Made by a program: the position numbers and the translations under genes. Shown here one piece after another: positions 11,145 to 24,055 of a stretch of DNA of 64,000 bases. Below the pieces are notes generated by a model. The model was given only the letters and a program-made list of their open reading frames with translations. It did no database searches and had not been told where the DNA came from. The DNA comes from the human T2T-CHM13v2.0 reference genome, Homo sapiens, in assembly GCF_009914755.1 (NCBI RefSeq), contig NC_060926.1; one strand, 5' to 3'. Position 1 is the first letter of the stretch. Each line of letters opens with the position of its first letter.

Positions 11145-11890
11145 GCCTGTGCTGAAAGCCTGCAATCTGAACCCTCAGAGGCCACAGCCGTGTCAGCACC
11201 CAGGGATCAACATTTGGGCTGACTTCTCTCAGGCCAGGCATCCACAGCAGAAGCAGAGGGAGCAGCACCTTCAACAGTGTTCCCTTCAGGGCAGGAACAC
11301 CCAGCAGGGAGGAATGCCTTCCATGAGATGCCCGGGGCTGGGGGTGGGGGGGAGTGCCTTCCATGAGATGCCCAGGGGCGAGTGCCTTCCATGAGATGCC
11401 CGGGGGGAGTGCCTTCCATGAGATGCCCAGGGGCGAGTGCCTTCCAGTGGCTGCCCAGAAAGGAGCCCTGCTCCCTGTGCGGAGTCTGGAGAGGCCACAG
11501 AGGGGGTGGAGGAGCCGGAGAGAATCCCGTCTCTGTCTTCTTTGCTGCACCTGCCCTGCTCCGGAGGTGGTGTTCTGATGTGGCTGGTAGAGCCATGTTC
11601 GTCTCTAAAACTTCCTCGGACAGCCACGCAACATCTGCTTCATGACGGCAGCGTCATCGCATCTCTGCCCCGGTTTTCTCTGAACATAAATGTGCACTTG
11701 TGTGTGCTCAGCACAAAGAATACAGCTCGCGGGTTGTCACTAATTTTAAATTTTGGACCATGTTGTTTTCTTTCTGATCTGTAAGATCAGCTTCATTGAA
11801 ATATCTCTAAGACGCAAGCTATGGAAGAGCAAAATGAAACAAACAACCAGCTCTTTTGTATAAAGGAATAAAAGTATAAAGAATTTTAGA
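11145..11890 (+). other. Candidate terminal exon (ACAESLQSEPSEATAVSAPRDQHLG*, stop 11220-11222) with poly(A) signal
   Basis: Branch point ACTAAC 11104-11109, tract gttcgtttgcttttccag, AATAAA at 11867-11872 (second copy at 12068-12073). Confidence 0.4.
11312..11446 (+). repeat. GC-rich minisatellite, ~27-28 bp unit, about 4.5 copies
   Basis: Unit GAGTGCCTTCCATGAGATGCCC(A/G)GGGG(C) repeated. The first spacer has an extended G run. Confidence 0.95.
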
Positions 11891-12389
11891 CTATTCAGGT
11901 ATCTGTCCATGTGTTGTTACACATTTTTTCGGTGCTTGAAGCCTGTTTACATGATGTCAACATTACTATGTGTAGATACATGTTAAAAATCCCCTAGTAA
12001 TACTAATTTTTTGATGCACAAAACATCATAGAAAGTATCGTAATACCAAAATGCTATAAATTAGTTTAATAAAGATTCAGTTTTAAAGGACAGATGATAA
12101 GAAGTATGTTACTATTATTTTTTCTTGTTATTTGGCTCATTTAAAGATAGTTTCTTTGACTTATATGAGGAAAAGAACATTTAAAATTATTAAATGTTAA
12201 TATTTAAATAAATCAACACTTTTCACCTTTATTATTCTATCTTACATTTGACTTTTTAAAATTTACCAAAAAGGACTTTCTATTTTAAAGGGAAATGTAA
12301 TCTCTACATCAAAGTCATCCAGAAAAACAATTATGTCTGGTACAGTTTCATTTAAACTATAACATGAGTTCATGTATTCAGACATATGA

Positions 12390-12754
12390 CAGACCAGTAC
12401 TGGTCCATGGCCTGTTAGGAACTGGGCCACACAGCACGGGGTGATTGGTTGGGGTGGGGAGGGTGCAAGCAGGCTTTACTGTCCGGGGTGGGGAAGGTGC
12501 AAGCAAGCTTTACTGTCCGAGCTCCGCCTGCTTTCAGATCAGCAGCAGCATTAGATCCTCACAGGAGCGCGAACCCTATTGCGAACCGTGCATGCGGAGA
12601 ATCGAGGTTGCGTGCTCCTTATGAGAATTTACTGATGCCTGATGATTTGAGGTGGAACAGTTCCATCCCAAAAGAATCCCCCTCACTTCTTGTCCTTGGA
12701 AAAATTATGTTCCACGAAACTGGTCCCTGGTGTCAAAAAGGTTAGGGACCACCG
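12390..12754 (+). mobile_element. MER1B hAT-Charlie DNA transposon (5' terminus missing)
   Basis: ccagtactggtccatggcctgttaggaactgggcc...cagatcagcagcagcattagat...ctggtccctggtgtcaaaaaggttagggaccaccg. Confidence 0.88.
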
Positions 12755-12769
12755 TGTTATAGATTGCAT

Positions 12770-13958
12770 GTGATGGAGTCATGGGTCCGTGATGTGGCAT
12801 GTGTTATGATGTGTGTGATTCAGTGTGCAGGTGTTATGTGTGTGAAGCACTGTGCATGATATAGTGTGTGCGATGTAGTGTGTGTTACAGTGTGTGTTAT
12901 AATACATGTGAGGCAGCGTGTGTGATGTAATGTTTGTGTGGTGCAGCGTGTGTCATATGTGTGATCAAGTGTGTGTGTGTTAGTGTCCGTGTGATGCAGT
13001 GTGTATCTGCTGAAGAATGTGTGATGCACTGTGTGTTAGAGTGTGTTACATAGTATGTGTGATGTCGTGTGTGTAATGCAATGTGTTTGTGCAGTACTAT
13101 GTGTGATGGAGTGAGTGTGCTATAGTGTGTGTGATACAGTGAGTGTGTGTGATACAGTGAGTATGTGTTATGGCGTGTGATGGAGTGTGTGTTATAGTGT
13201 GTGTGATGCAGTGAGTGTGTGTGATACAGTGAGTGTGTGTGATACAGTGAGTATGTGTTATGGCGTGTGGAGTGAGTGTGTGTTATAGTGCGTGTGATGG
13301 AGTGAGTGTGTGTTATAGTGTGTGTGATACAGTGAGTATGTTATTGTGTGTGTGATGTAGTGAGTGTGTTATAGTGGTTATAGTGTGTGATGCAGTGAGT
13401 GTTATAGTGTGCGATGGAGTGTGTTATACTGTGTGATGCAGTGAGTGTGTCCTATAGTGTGTGTGATGCAGTGAGTGTGTGCTGTAGTGTGTGTGATGCC
13501 GGGAGTGTGTGTTGTAGTGTGTGTGTGATGCAGGGAGTGTGTGCTGCAGTGTATGTTCAGTGAGTGTGTGTTATAGCGTGTGTGATGCAGTGAGTGTGTG
13601 CTGTAGTGTGTGTGATGCCGGGAGTGTGTGTTATAGTGTGTGTCATGGAGTGAGTGTGTTATAGTGTGTGTGATGCAGTGAGTGTGTGCTGTAGTGTGTG
13701 TTACAGTGTGTGTGATGCAGTGAGTGTGTGCTATAGTGTGTGATGCAGTGAGTGTGTGTTATAGTGCGTGTAATGCAGTGTGTGCTACAGTGTGTGTGAT
13801 GGAGTGAGTGTGTGCTATAGTGTGTGTGATGGAGTGAGTGTGTGCTATAGTGTGTGTGCTGTAGTGTGTGTTGTAATGTGTGTGATGCAGTGAGTGTGTG
13901 CTGTAGTGTGTGCGATGGAGTCAGTGTCTGCTATAGAGTGTGTGATGCACTGTCTGTG
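12770..13958 (+). repeat. TG-rich degenerate micro/minisatellite (~28-30 bp unit)
   Basis: Recurrent TGTGTGATGCAGTGAGTGTGTG(T/C)TATAG over ~1.2 kb. Confidence 0.95.
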
Positions 13959-16208
13959 ACAGAAGAGGAAGAGAGGTCTCCATCCCACACATCTACCCAG
14001 CCACAGGTGCTCAGATTCTATGATGCCCTCTGAGATGCTGCCACTGTTGCTCTCAGAGGGTGGATCCTCACTCGTACATCAGCCAGCACATTTCTCTCCA
14101 CCTACGCAGTCTCACACGGCAGAGGAGCCCTGTCCTCCAGCACTGTGAGATACCCACACCAGAGCGGCTTAATATTGTATTAGTAAATGTTCTGATGTAG
14201 AAGGAAGTGTTCCTCGCCTGTCAACCAAGAAGTGCTGAATTTATAAACATGTCGTGTGTGCATCTTTATCTAGGCCAAAAGTGTTCCCAGATGGCATTGT
14301 TTGACTCCGAACCCCGCTCCCCTCTCAGAAGCACAGATGCTTAGAAATGAGGGTCTCTAGTTGCTGCCATCATCACACCACATGGATTCTAATTTACCCT
14401 AATCTGCGCCATCCTGATCACACTGAAGGCGCCAGGCTGACACTGCTTCTGAAAGTCTCATCCACTTGAAGCTGTTTTGATGGGTCACTCTCCAGCTTAG
14501 AAAAGTTCCACGTCGATTGCTTTACACAGGATGAAGTCTAAATTTGTCAGCCAGCAACTTAAATCCTTTCAAAATGTTCTAAATAAATAATGTTTCAAGT
14601 GTCATGTCTACCGCATTCCAGCCAGACTGAAGTGAAAACCCCGAGAAACACCTCCTATTGTAATTCCCTCTATTCCTTACCTCTAACATGTGCCACCACC
14701 CCCTCCAGCCCAGCTTCTCCAACCCATATCAAAGCAGTTTTCTGCAGGCTTCTCTTGAATCTGGCCCACAGCATCTTCCTGCGTGCCTGGATCAGCCATG
14801 CGTGCTAACGTCCACTTACGTGGCCACAACCTTCACCCATGTCCTTAATGTGATTTCCTCTAGTCTACCCCTTATTCAGTGTCTACTCTCATAACCACCT
14901 TATTTAATCCTCACAATATCCTCAGTACCCAGATTAAGATGCCCAGATTTCAGGGATGGTAAAATTGAATCTGAAAAATATTAAATAGTTCGCTCAAAAC
15001 TATTATGCCAAAGGCCATGTTCTTCCTTCCGAGCAAAGATCTGTGCTAGAGTCTGAGGGTTCTTCCAAAAAGACCGAAATGTGTGATACCTGTACTCAAG
15101 TGGTTTATAATGTTGCTGAGATAATAAGATAACTCCTCTATCTGGCAGGGAATGTTCTTCACAGACCAGGGAGGTGGGCTTCACAGCTGAGCACCAGCCC
15201 AGATTGTTCCCAACTACAGGCAACGCAGTTGCTTTGGCTTTGAAAATGGGATGACGGCAGTCTGGCAGGTGAGAACTCTTCTCATTGTCTACCAGGTAAA
15301 GCAAAATTATAAAATTGAACTTGTATTGCCTGATGTGACCATTTCAAGGTCGTTAGAGGGATTAAGTGACAACAATAAATACAAAATGAACATGAAAACT
15401 GTAAGTTTCTGTATTTAAACATATTGTATGTAAACATCCGTTAAACATATTGTACCATTAAATAATGGTACAATATTGTCCGACACCTGAGAATAAAAGT
15501 AAAATAAGTAAACACGGAAATAAGCAAGTGGTGCAGATAACTCCACTTATCTGGTGGTGCAGAAATGCCCTGTCATATCTCTGATCATCCCCTCCTGCCC
15601 ACTCTTCAATCCTATAACATGTGTTCTTTCTGCAGGCCTCAATTTCTTCTGTTCCTCACTTGGCAGTGCTTGTCCCTGGCGCAGCCTTTGCCCCTTGGCT
15701 ATCCTCTTAGTGTATCTTGCTCTCACCAGCCCCTCTGCTCCGATGTTGGCCCTGAATCACTCTGCTTTTCCCATCCCTGGGATTGCCACCACTGACTTGT
15801 CTCCTCCTTCTCCCAGGCCACTGTGCCCTGTAGACAAAGTCCCCAGAGCAAACTGCTAGTTTCACCATGGAATTTGATGTGTGTTGCAGCAGACTTGTGC
15901 TCATCAGTCCATTCCGTTCCCCATGGCTGGTGCTTTGCATCTTGTCTTTCTACCCTTTTCCATGTGCTGCAAGCCTGGATTCTCATTCTCTCTATAACCT
16001 GAACAGAAGCCTCCAGCTTCAACTTTCTGGAATCCCTTAATGGAATCCTCAGGAGCTCCTTCAATTTCACCGTTTTCCTCCTCAATATTGCCCCATAACC
16101 AGCCCAGATTCCCCTTTGCTTCCTAGGAGGAAACGCACCTTTCCCAGGCAATGCCAAGGCCTTCTTCTACACCTCTCACCACTCTGGCTGTAATTTAACA
16201 ATCCATGA

Positions 16209-16520
<312 letters not shown>

Positions 16521-18262
16521 TAGATTTCTCTCCTATATGTTTCTATCCATAGCCACTGTCTCTCGCTACTTTGGTTTTTCTCTATTGGTCTCACTTTGTT
16601 CTAAGAAATAAAAATAAAATAGTTTCCAAATGGCAGTATTATCCCTCCAAGTACCATCTCATATTTCATCTTCTTTTTATTTCAAAACCTCTGGACACAC
16701 CTTCTCAGTGTCTTTAAGCACTTTTCCTTTTTTTTTTTTTTTCCTAATATCTCATTGGCCAGGATCGTGGTGCTAGAGATGTACTAGTGTAGTCTTTTAT
16801 TCTGAGTAGCAATGAGCTCAGCTTTTCCTGAGGAAGAAGGGGAAATTAGACATTAGGAAGCAACCAGATGTTTCTGTCATACTCTTCCACCACTGATGAT
16901 ATCTCCTCTGTCTCCAGATCTATGACACATTTTCCTCTTCTCTCTTTCGAGGATGTAGTTTAATAGTAGACACACTAAATATACAGGAATTACTTTGATG
17001 CAAGGCGGAAAACTAAAATTCATTAAACACAAGTTCTAAGTGCTATGAAAACACAGAAAGACCAGTGAGTTCTGATGCACGCCTGGGTAGGCTGGGATGA
17101 AAAGACCATCCATATGGTCTGACTTGGCTCTTCCAGAACAAAACACAGAGAGCAAATGATCATAATCGTGTGGCACCCTGTGAGTAAGTGGACAAGGTTC
17201 TTTATGACCAGAGACACCAAGCACAGGAACTCTGGCTTCTCCAAGGCCTGGAGGTGCTGAGGTCTTAACAAATCTGTAGCCCATATAGTACAATGCTTAG
17301 AAAACTACTCTAAACTTCCCCTAATGTAACACAACAAAACCTCCTAGGTACTGTTAAGAATTTGGAAGCAGTCCATCCGTTTTCAGACTAGGAATTAATT
17401 CTTACTAAGAAGTCTCCTCCTATGATATCCAGAAGGACACAGACACATATAACAGTGGCTTACGATTTGAGGGGACAAAATTTTACATCAGTATTATCAT
17501 TTTAGACATGATGACTGAAGATACATGCATTTGGGAATCTTACAATTACCCAGTATGATGTATGATCTGAGGACTGGAGATCATGAATAAGTTGACCAAG
17601 ACAGAAGCTTTGTGATGGAGGAAGCATTGAAACTCAGATGGTTTTGTGTTAAGTGGATGTTTTTCTACTCTGTCGCTAGGCTAGGTGCATGAAACGGCTG
17701 GGTGTGTGGGCTTTCAGATGGCATTTTTGGTGCTACCTCTACCAGAAAGCAAATCCAGAAATGCAGCAAGGATCAGATCTTCCAGGCCATGTAATGACAT
17801 TGGCTTTAGCTGTGGCTGCTGTCCTGAGAGAAGCCTGTAAGCAGGGTGAGGGTATGGAGGGAGATCAGTTAACAGACAAACAAAATAATCCGGGAGAAAG
17901 ATGATACTGCCCTGAACAATGGAGATAGTAATAGAATTTTAAGACGTTATCAGACTCCAGTTATATTTGAAGGTCGAACAAGCGGAATTTTCTGAATGAA
18001 TGGATATATGGTAAGAGAAAAAAAAAAGACAGCAAGGGTAATCCCAAGGTTCTTGGCCTGAACAACTGCAGAGATGTTGTTTTTTACTGAGAATGGACAA
18101 TTGTGAAGGAAAAAAAATAGTTTTGGATGTGTCATCTTTAAGATTCCTAACAGAGCAAAAAGGGAAAGATCCAATTAGAAATTGTATATACCAGCCTTGA
18201 GGTCAGGAAAGAAGTCTGACCTAGAGATGTGAATTTGAGTCATCACAACATGAAAGGTATTT

Positions 18263-18567
<305 letters not shown>

Positions 18568-19524
18568 ACAACATGGAAGATATTTAAGTATTTAAGGTTC
18601 AATGAGATTTCCTAGAGATAAATGTAGAAAGAAGCAAGAGAAAAATCTAAGGCCCAAGCCCTATCTTTTTAGACAGTTAGATGTAGAGGAAGATCATGAG
18701 AAGTGGGCACAGTAGACTGGGAAGATATGGCTAGTGACCACAAGGAAAACCAGGAGTGTGGGGTGTTCAGAAAGACAGGGGAAGAAAGCGTCTCAGACAG
18801 GAGCAAACAACAGACTGTGTTGAATGCTGCTGGGAGATCAAATAAGATAAAGATGGGAAAATGGCCACCAGATTTAGCAATAAAGAGGACATTGATGACT
18901 TCAAGAAAAACCACTTCCTTGGAGTGGTGAGAACAGAAGCCTGATTTCAGAGATGTAAGATGGAATGGAATGAGAGGCAGTGCACACAGAGATGTAAACA
19001 GAATGTGAGGATTTTGGTGTTAAAAGTGAAGGAAGAAATGAAGCGGTAGCTGGAAGGGATGTGGAGTCAAGGTATAAAGAAATAAATCTTTTTTTTTTTT
19101 GATGAGAGAAATTACAGCATATTTGCACATGGATGGCATGATAATTGGAGAGAAAAATTGATGATTTTGTAAAAATATAGTGATGCCCATGATTAGACCA
19201 AAAGAGAAGGGATCTAATTCTGAAGAAGATAGCCCTAGACAGGAACATCGGGAAGTCATTTATAACAGTAGGAGCTAAGGCAATTACGTGGTTTCATTGA
19301 TGTGTATTGTAAGGATAGGAAATCCTCCTCTGATTGCTTCTATTTTTCTCAAGGATGTAGAAGGCAAGGCCATTAGCTGAGATTGAGGATAAAGGAGGTG
19401 GTACTGGTGGTTTGATGTGAAGGAGAAATAAGCTACTTATCCAGGAAAAGCAAAAATTAAGGAATCAGAAATACCCAAGGGTTGCTAGAAAGCACTGACA
19501 GCCTCAACGTGATGGTCATAATTG

Positions 19525-19821
19525 TTTTTTAATTTTTGAGACAGGGTCTCCTTCTGTCACCCAGGCTGGAGTACAGTGGCTCCATCAGGGCTCACTGCAG
19601 CTTCAATCTCCTGTGTTCAAGCAATTCTCCCATCTCTACCTGCCAAATAGTTTGGGATTACATTTGTGTGCTATTATGCCGATATTATGCCCCAATTTTT
19701 TTTTATAGACAGGGTCTCACTATGTTGCCCAGGCTGGCCTTGAACTCCTGAGCTCAAGTGATCTGTCCACCTCAATTTCTCAAAATGCTGGGGCTACAGG
19801 TGTGAGCCACTATGCCCAGCC
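19525..19821 (-). mobile_element. Alu SINE (AluJ)
   Basis: Diverged Alu with J diagnostics (ctcactgcagc, gggtctcactatgttgcccagg, ctcaagtgatc). Confidence 0.9.
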
Positions 19822-20749
19822 CAAACATTTAGAAAGATCAGTCAGTATGCTTTTGAATTTCTCTACATCCAAGTTCAGCTTTTTGAGTATAAAGATAGAA
19901 CAGGTAGAAACTTAGACTAGCGTTTTCATGAGCACCTCAGATGGCAAGAGAGAAGCAAGAGAGGGCTTATGTTGACTATAGAGTCTAATATGGAATCGGG
20001 AGGAAGTGAGAACCTGAGAAAGATGAGGGTCAGATAAAATGCAGTAGGAAGAGTTGATGGTCTATTCTGTTCATGTTAAATAACGGTTGGATTGCAGGAA
20101 CTTGAGTAAGTGTGCAGAAGATATAGGAAATTAAGGGCATAGAATGGAATGCTTGAAACTGTGATAATGGAGGGACATAGTCAATGGTAATGACAAGTCC
20201 CAAAATGTGACCTTGAGAATGGGAGTCTGAAGTGGGAGGGAGTGCAAGATAATTGGAGCAGAGGATGCCAAAGAACTTAGACAGGGTAATGAAAAGGTCA
20301 TCTCTGTAGTCAGTGCAGTTTCCAAGAATTATGGCAGAAGTAGTCCTGGAGGGAGGAGCAGGGAGCCAGGAGCCACAACTAGGAAAAGAGAATCTTCTGA
20401 GTGTTGGTAGATACTGCAAAAAGCAAAGATAGTGGTGGTGGGTATAAGCATCAGAGGTGGAAGGGGTTAGAGTGGAGAACCGGATACTCTGGAAATGGCA
20501 GTAAAAAGCAATGAATACATTGATCTCACCCCAAGGTCCAGCTGTGCAAAGATGTTGGAGAGAAAACAACCACTTTGAGATGACTGTGGGCATTGGGGGA
20601 AGGTAGTTGTAGACAAAGTTTGAAAACAATATTCAGTATTCAAGGGAGAGTTTGAAGGTGTGGGCATTCTGTTCATGATAGACTTTAGTCTCAGGAGGTA
20701 GAGAAGGAATAAGGGAAGGATTTGATAGCTGAGGAAGCATGAGGGATGA

Positions 20750-21103
<354 letters not shown>

Positions 21104-21290
21104 TTATGTTCATTTTTTACTTTTGGAGGTAACTAATATAAATAGATGAAGGGTACAATGGGATTAGTCCTGATGGTGTTTGAGACTTGCAATCTTTCCT
21201 GCTCTGGTGATATGGAAGTAGAGACAAAGACAGTGTTACCTGAAACAGACCAGTCTCTAGGGCCCACTACCCTCTCTTGACAATGGAGGG

Positions 21291-21633
<343 letters not shown>

Positions 21634-21745
21634 TGACAATGGAGGTTTTAAATCACAGGGTTACCAGAGAACATAGAGAGTGAAAAATATCCATTGATTA
21701 CTGAAAATGAAAACATTGAAACCAAAATAAGTGCTACTCAGCTCA

Positions 21746-22222
<477 letters not shown>

Positions 22223-22229
22223 AGGACAG

Positions 22230-22600
22230 TAGGAAAAATAATAATAATAACCAAAGTTAATATTATCAAAAAAACAAAAATAGAAAAAGTAAGTTTAAAT
22301 GTTTATAAATTATTTATTCCTTATTAAGAATAATAAAACAGATAAATTCCTTTTGTCTGAGTTGGAAAAAAAGAGCAAAAGGAGAAAGAGATTAGGAATA
22401 GCAAAGGAAACATGTAAGTCCTAGAATAGATTAATAGAATTGTAAGAAAACACAGCACGCAACCCTATGGCAATAAACATGTAACTCTAGAGAAAAGGTA
22501 TACATTTCTAGGAAAACATAAATTAACAAAACTGAATTAAGAAGTGGAAATTTGAACAGACCAATTGCCATAGAAAGATTGGGAAGATAATAAAAATATG
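22230..22600 (+). mobile_element. Old L1 (L1M) ORF2 fragment
   Basis: A-rich, with aaactctagagaaa...catttctaggaaaacataaattaacaaaactga...ttgaacagaccaatt typical of L1 ORF2. Confidence 0.6.
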
Positions 22601-22917
22601 CATTGGCAATGTCATCATAGAAATTAAACCAAGTGTATGTAAATTATTAGAGAATTTTGAGAATAGTAGTGATGCGATCTAACACATTTTGAAAGGTGTT
22701 ATGAAGGAAGACACTGCAGAGAAACAAGAGAAAGAGCAGGTAGATTGGTTAAGAGGTGACTTTATGACTGCAGGCTAGATGGTGTTGGAGGCCTGCCAGG
22801 AGCAGGGAGGTGGTGAGATGTGCTCAGGTTTTGCAGATAGACTGATTGAAGGTGCAGGAATGGAAGAGGGTCTAGGTTTTGGGCTAGAGCAAAAGGAAGA
22901 GTAGCATTATTATCATT

Positions 22918-23372
22918 TGTGTTGTTTGCTAGGACTGCCATGACAAAGTCCTGTCTATGGGCAGCTTTAACAGCAGAAATTTATTGCCTTGCACTTCTGG
23001 AGGTGGAAAGTCAGAGACCAAGGTGTCAGCAGTGTTGACTATTTCTGAGGAGTGAGTGGGACTCTGTTCCATCCTTCTCTAGTTCCTGGTTGTTTTCTGG
23101 CAATCTCTGGCATTCCCCGGATTATGGAAGTATCACCTGGATCTCTACCTTCACCTTCTCATGGTATCTCCCTTTGTGCATGCCTCTGCATCAAAGTTTC
23201 CCTTTTTAATAAGGTCATCTGTCATATTGGATTAGGAGCCACCCTACTCCTGTATGACCTTATTTTGACTTAACTAATTATGTCTGCAACAACCCTATAT
23301 TCACTCTGAGGGACTAGAGATTAGCACTTTCATGTATGAATGTTTGGAGAGGACATAATTCAACTCATAACA
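22918..23372 (-). mobile_element. MLT1 (MaLR) solo LTR
   Basis: tgtgttgtttgctaggactgccatgacaaag...agaaatttattgc...ggagaggacataattcaactcataaca. Flanked by tcatt/acatt. Inserted in an L2 fragment (22650-23620). Confidence 0.85.
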
Positions 23373-23639
23373 ACATTTACAGGCCTGAGAAAAACGCTGG
23401 AGCAGCAGGTTTGGGCGCATGCCTGCTTGAGTTCCAGGTGGAGACATAAGGTGGGCAGTGGAGTTCGAAGGAGACGTGTAGCTAGAAATATGAATTCAGC
23501 TGTTCAATATACTTGTATTGAAAGTCACGATCTGGGACTATTAACCCTGAAGGGGTTGTTTACAGAAAAGGGAAGAGATCTGAGAACCAAGCTTTAGGGC
23601 TCTCCAACATTGAGTAATATTTCTTATTTCTAAATCCAT

Positions 23640-24055
23640 ACACTTATTTCTAAGATCCAATGCTTGCACTTCAGGACACTTACTCTTTCCTCTGCCCAGA
23701 CCCCTCTTTCTGCAGTCACCTGCATCACCAGATGTCCCTCCAGCCCCCAGATATCTGCATCACTGGATGCATATCTTCCTTCAAGCACTTGCTCCATGGC
23801 CCGTCTATAGTGACACACACAGCAGCTCCTGCCCTCTGTCCTCCCTCCGTCTCTTGCCTTGCGTTTATTTGTGTTTCCTTCCTTGCCCGCCATGCTGCAG
23901 CCTGACTGCTCATTTCTTCCTTCCCCACAGGAAGCTCAGCTCCATGAGGCGAGAAAGCCTCCTTGCTTTGCTCACTGCTGCACTCCCACAGTCAAGGTCC
24001 TTGCTGGGCATGCAGTAGTGCTCGATGCATTTTTGTTGAAAGAGTGAATGAACAG
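23640..24055 (+). mobile_element. L2 3' end remnant
   Basis: gctccatgaggc...ttgctcactgctg...ggcatgcagtagtgctcgatgcatttttgttgaaagagtgaatgaa, the L2 terminus. Confidence 0.65.

Larger units (their letters stand above)
6563..11890 (+). ncRNA. Candidate spliced, polyadenylated transcript (lncRNA, or 3' end of a small protein-coding or decayed gene)
   Basis: Four phase-compatible candidate exons and AATAAA at 11867-11872. No expression data available. Confidence 0.35.

Noticed and set aside
11312-11446. CRISPR-like appearance of ~22 bp conserved repeats
   Set aside because: The spacers are short G runs, not unique sequences. There are no cas genes and the context is eukaryotic.
11101-11784. Stack of overlapping ORFs on both strands
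   Set aside because: Explained by high GC content and the 27-28 bp minisatellite. No domain similarity recognised.
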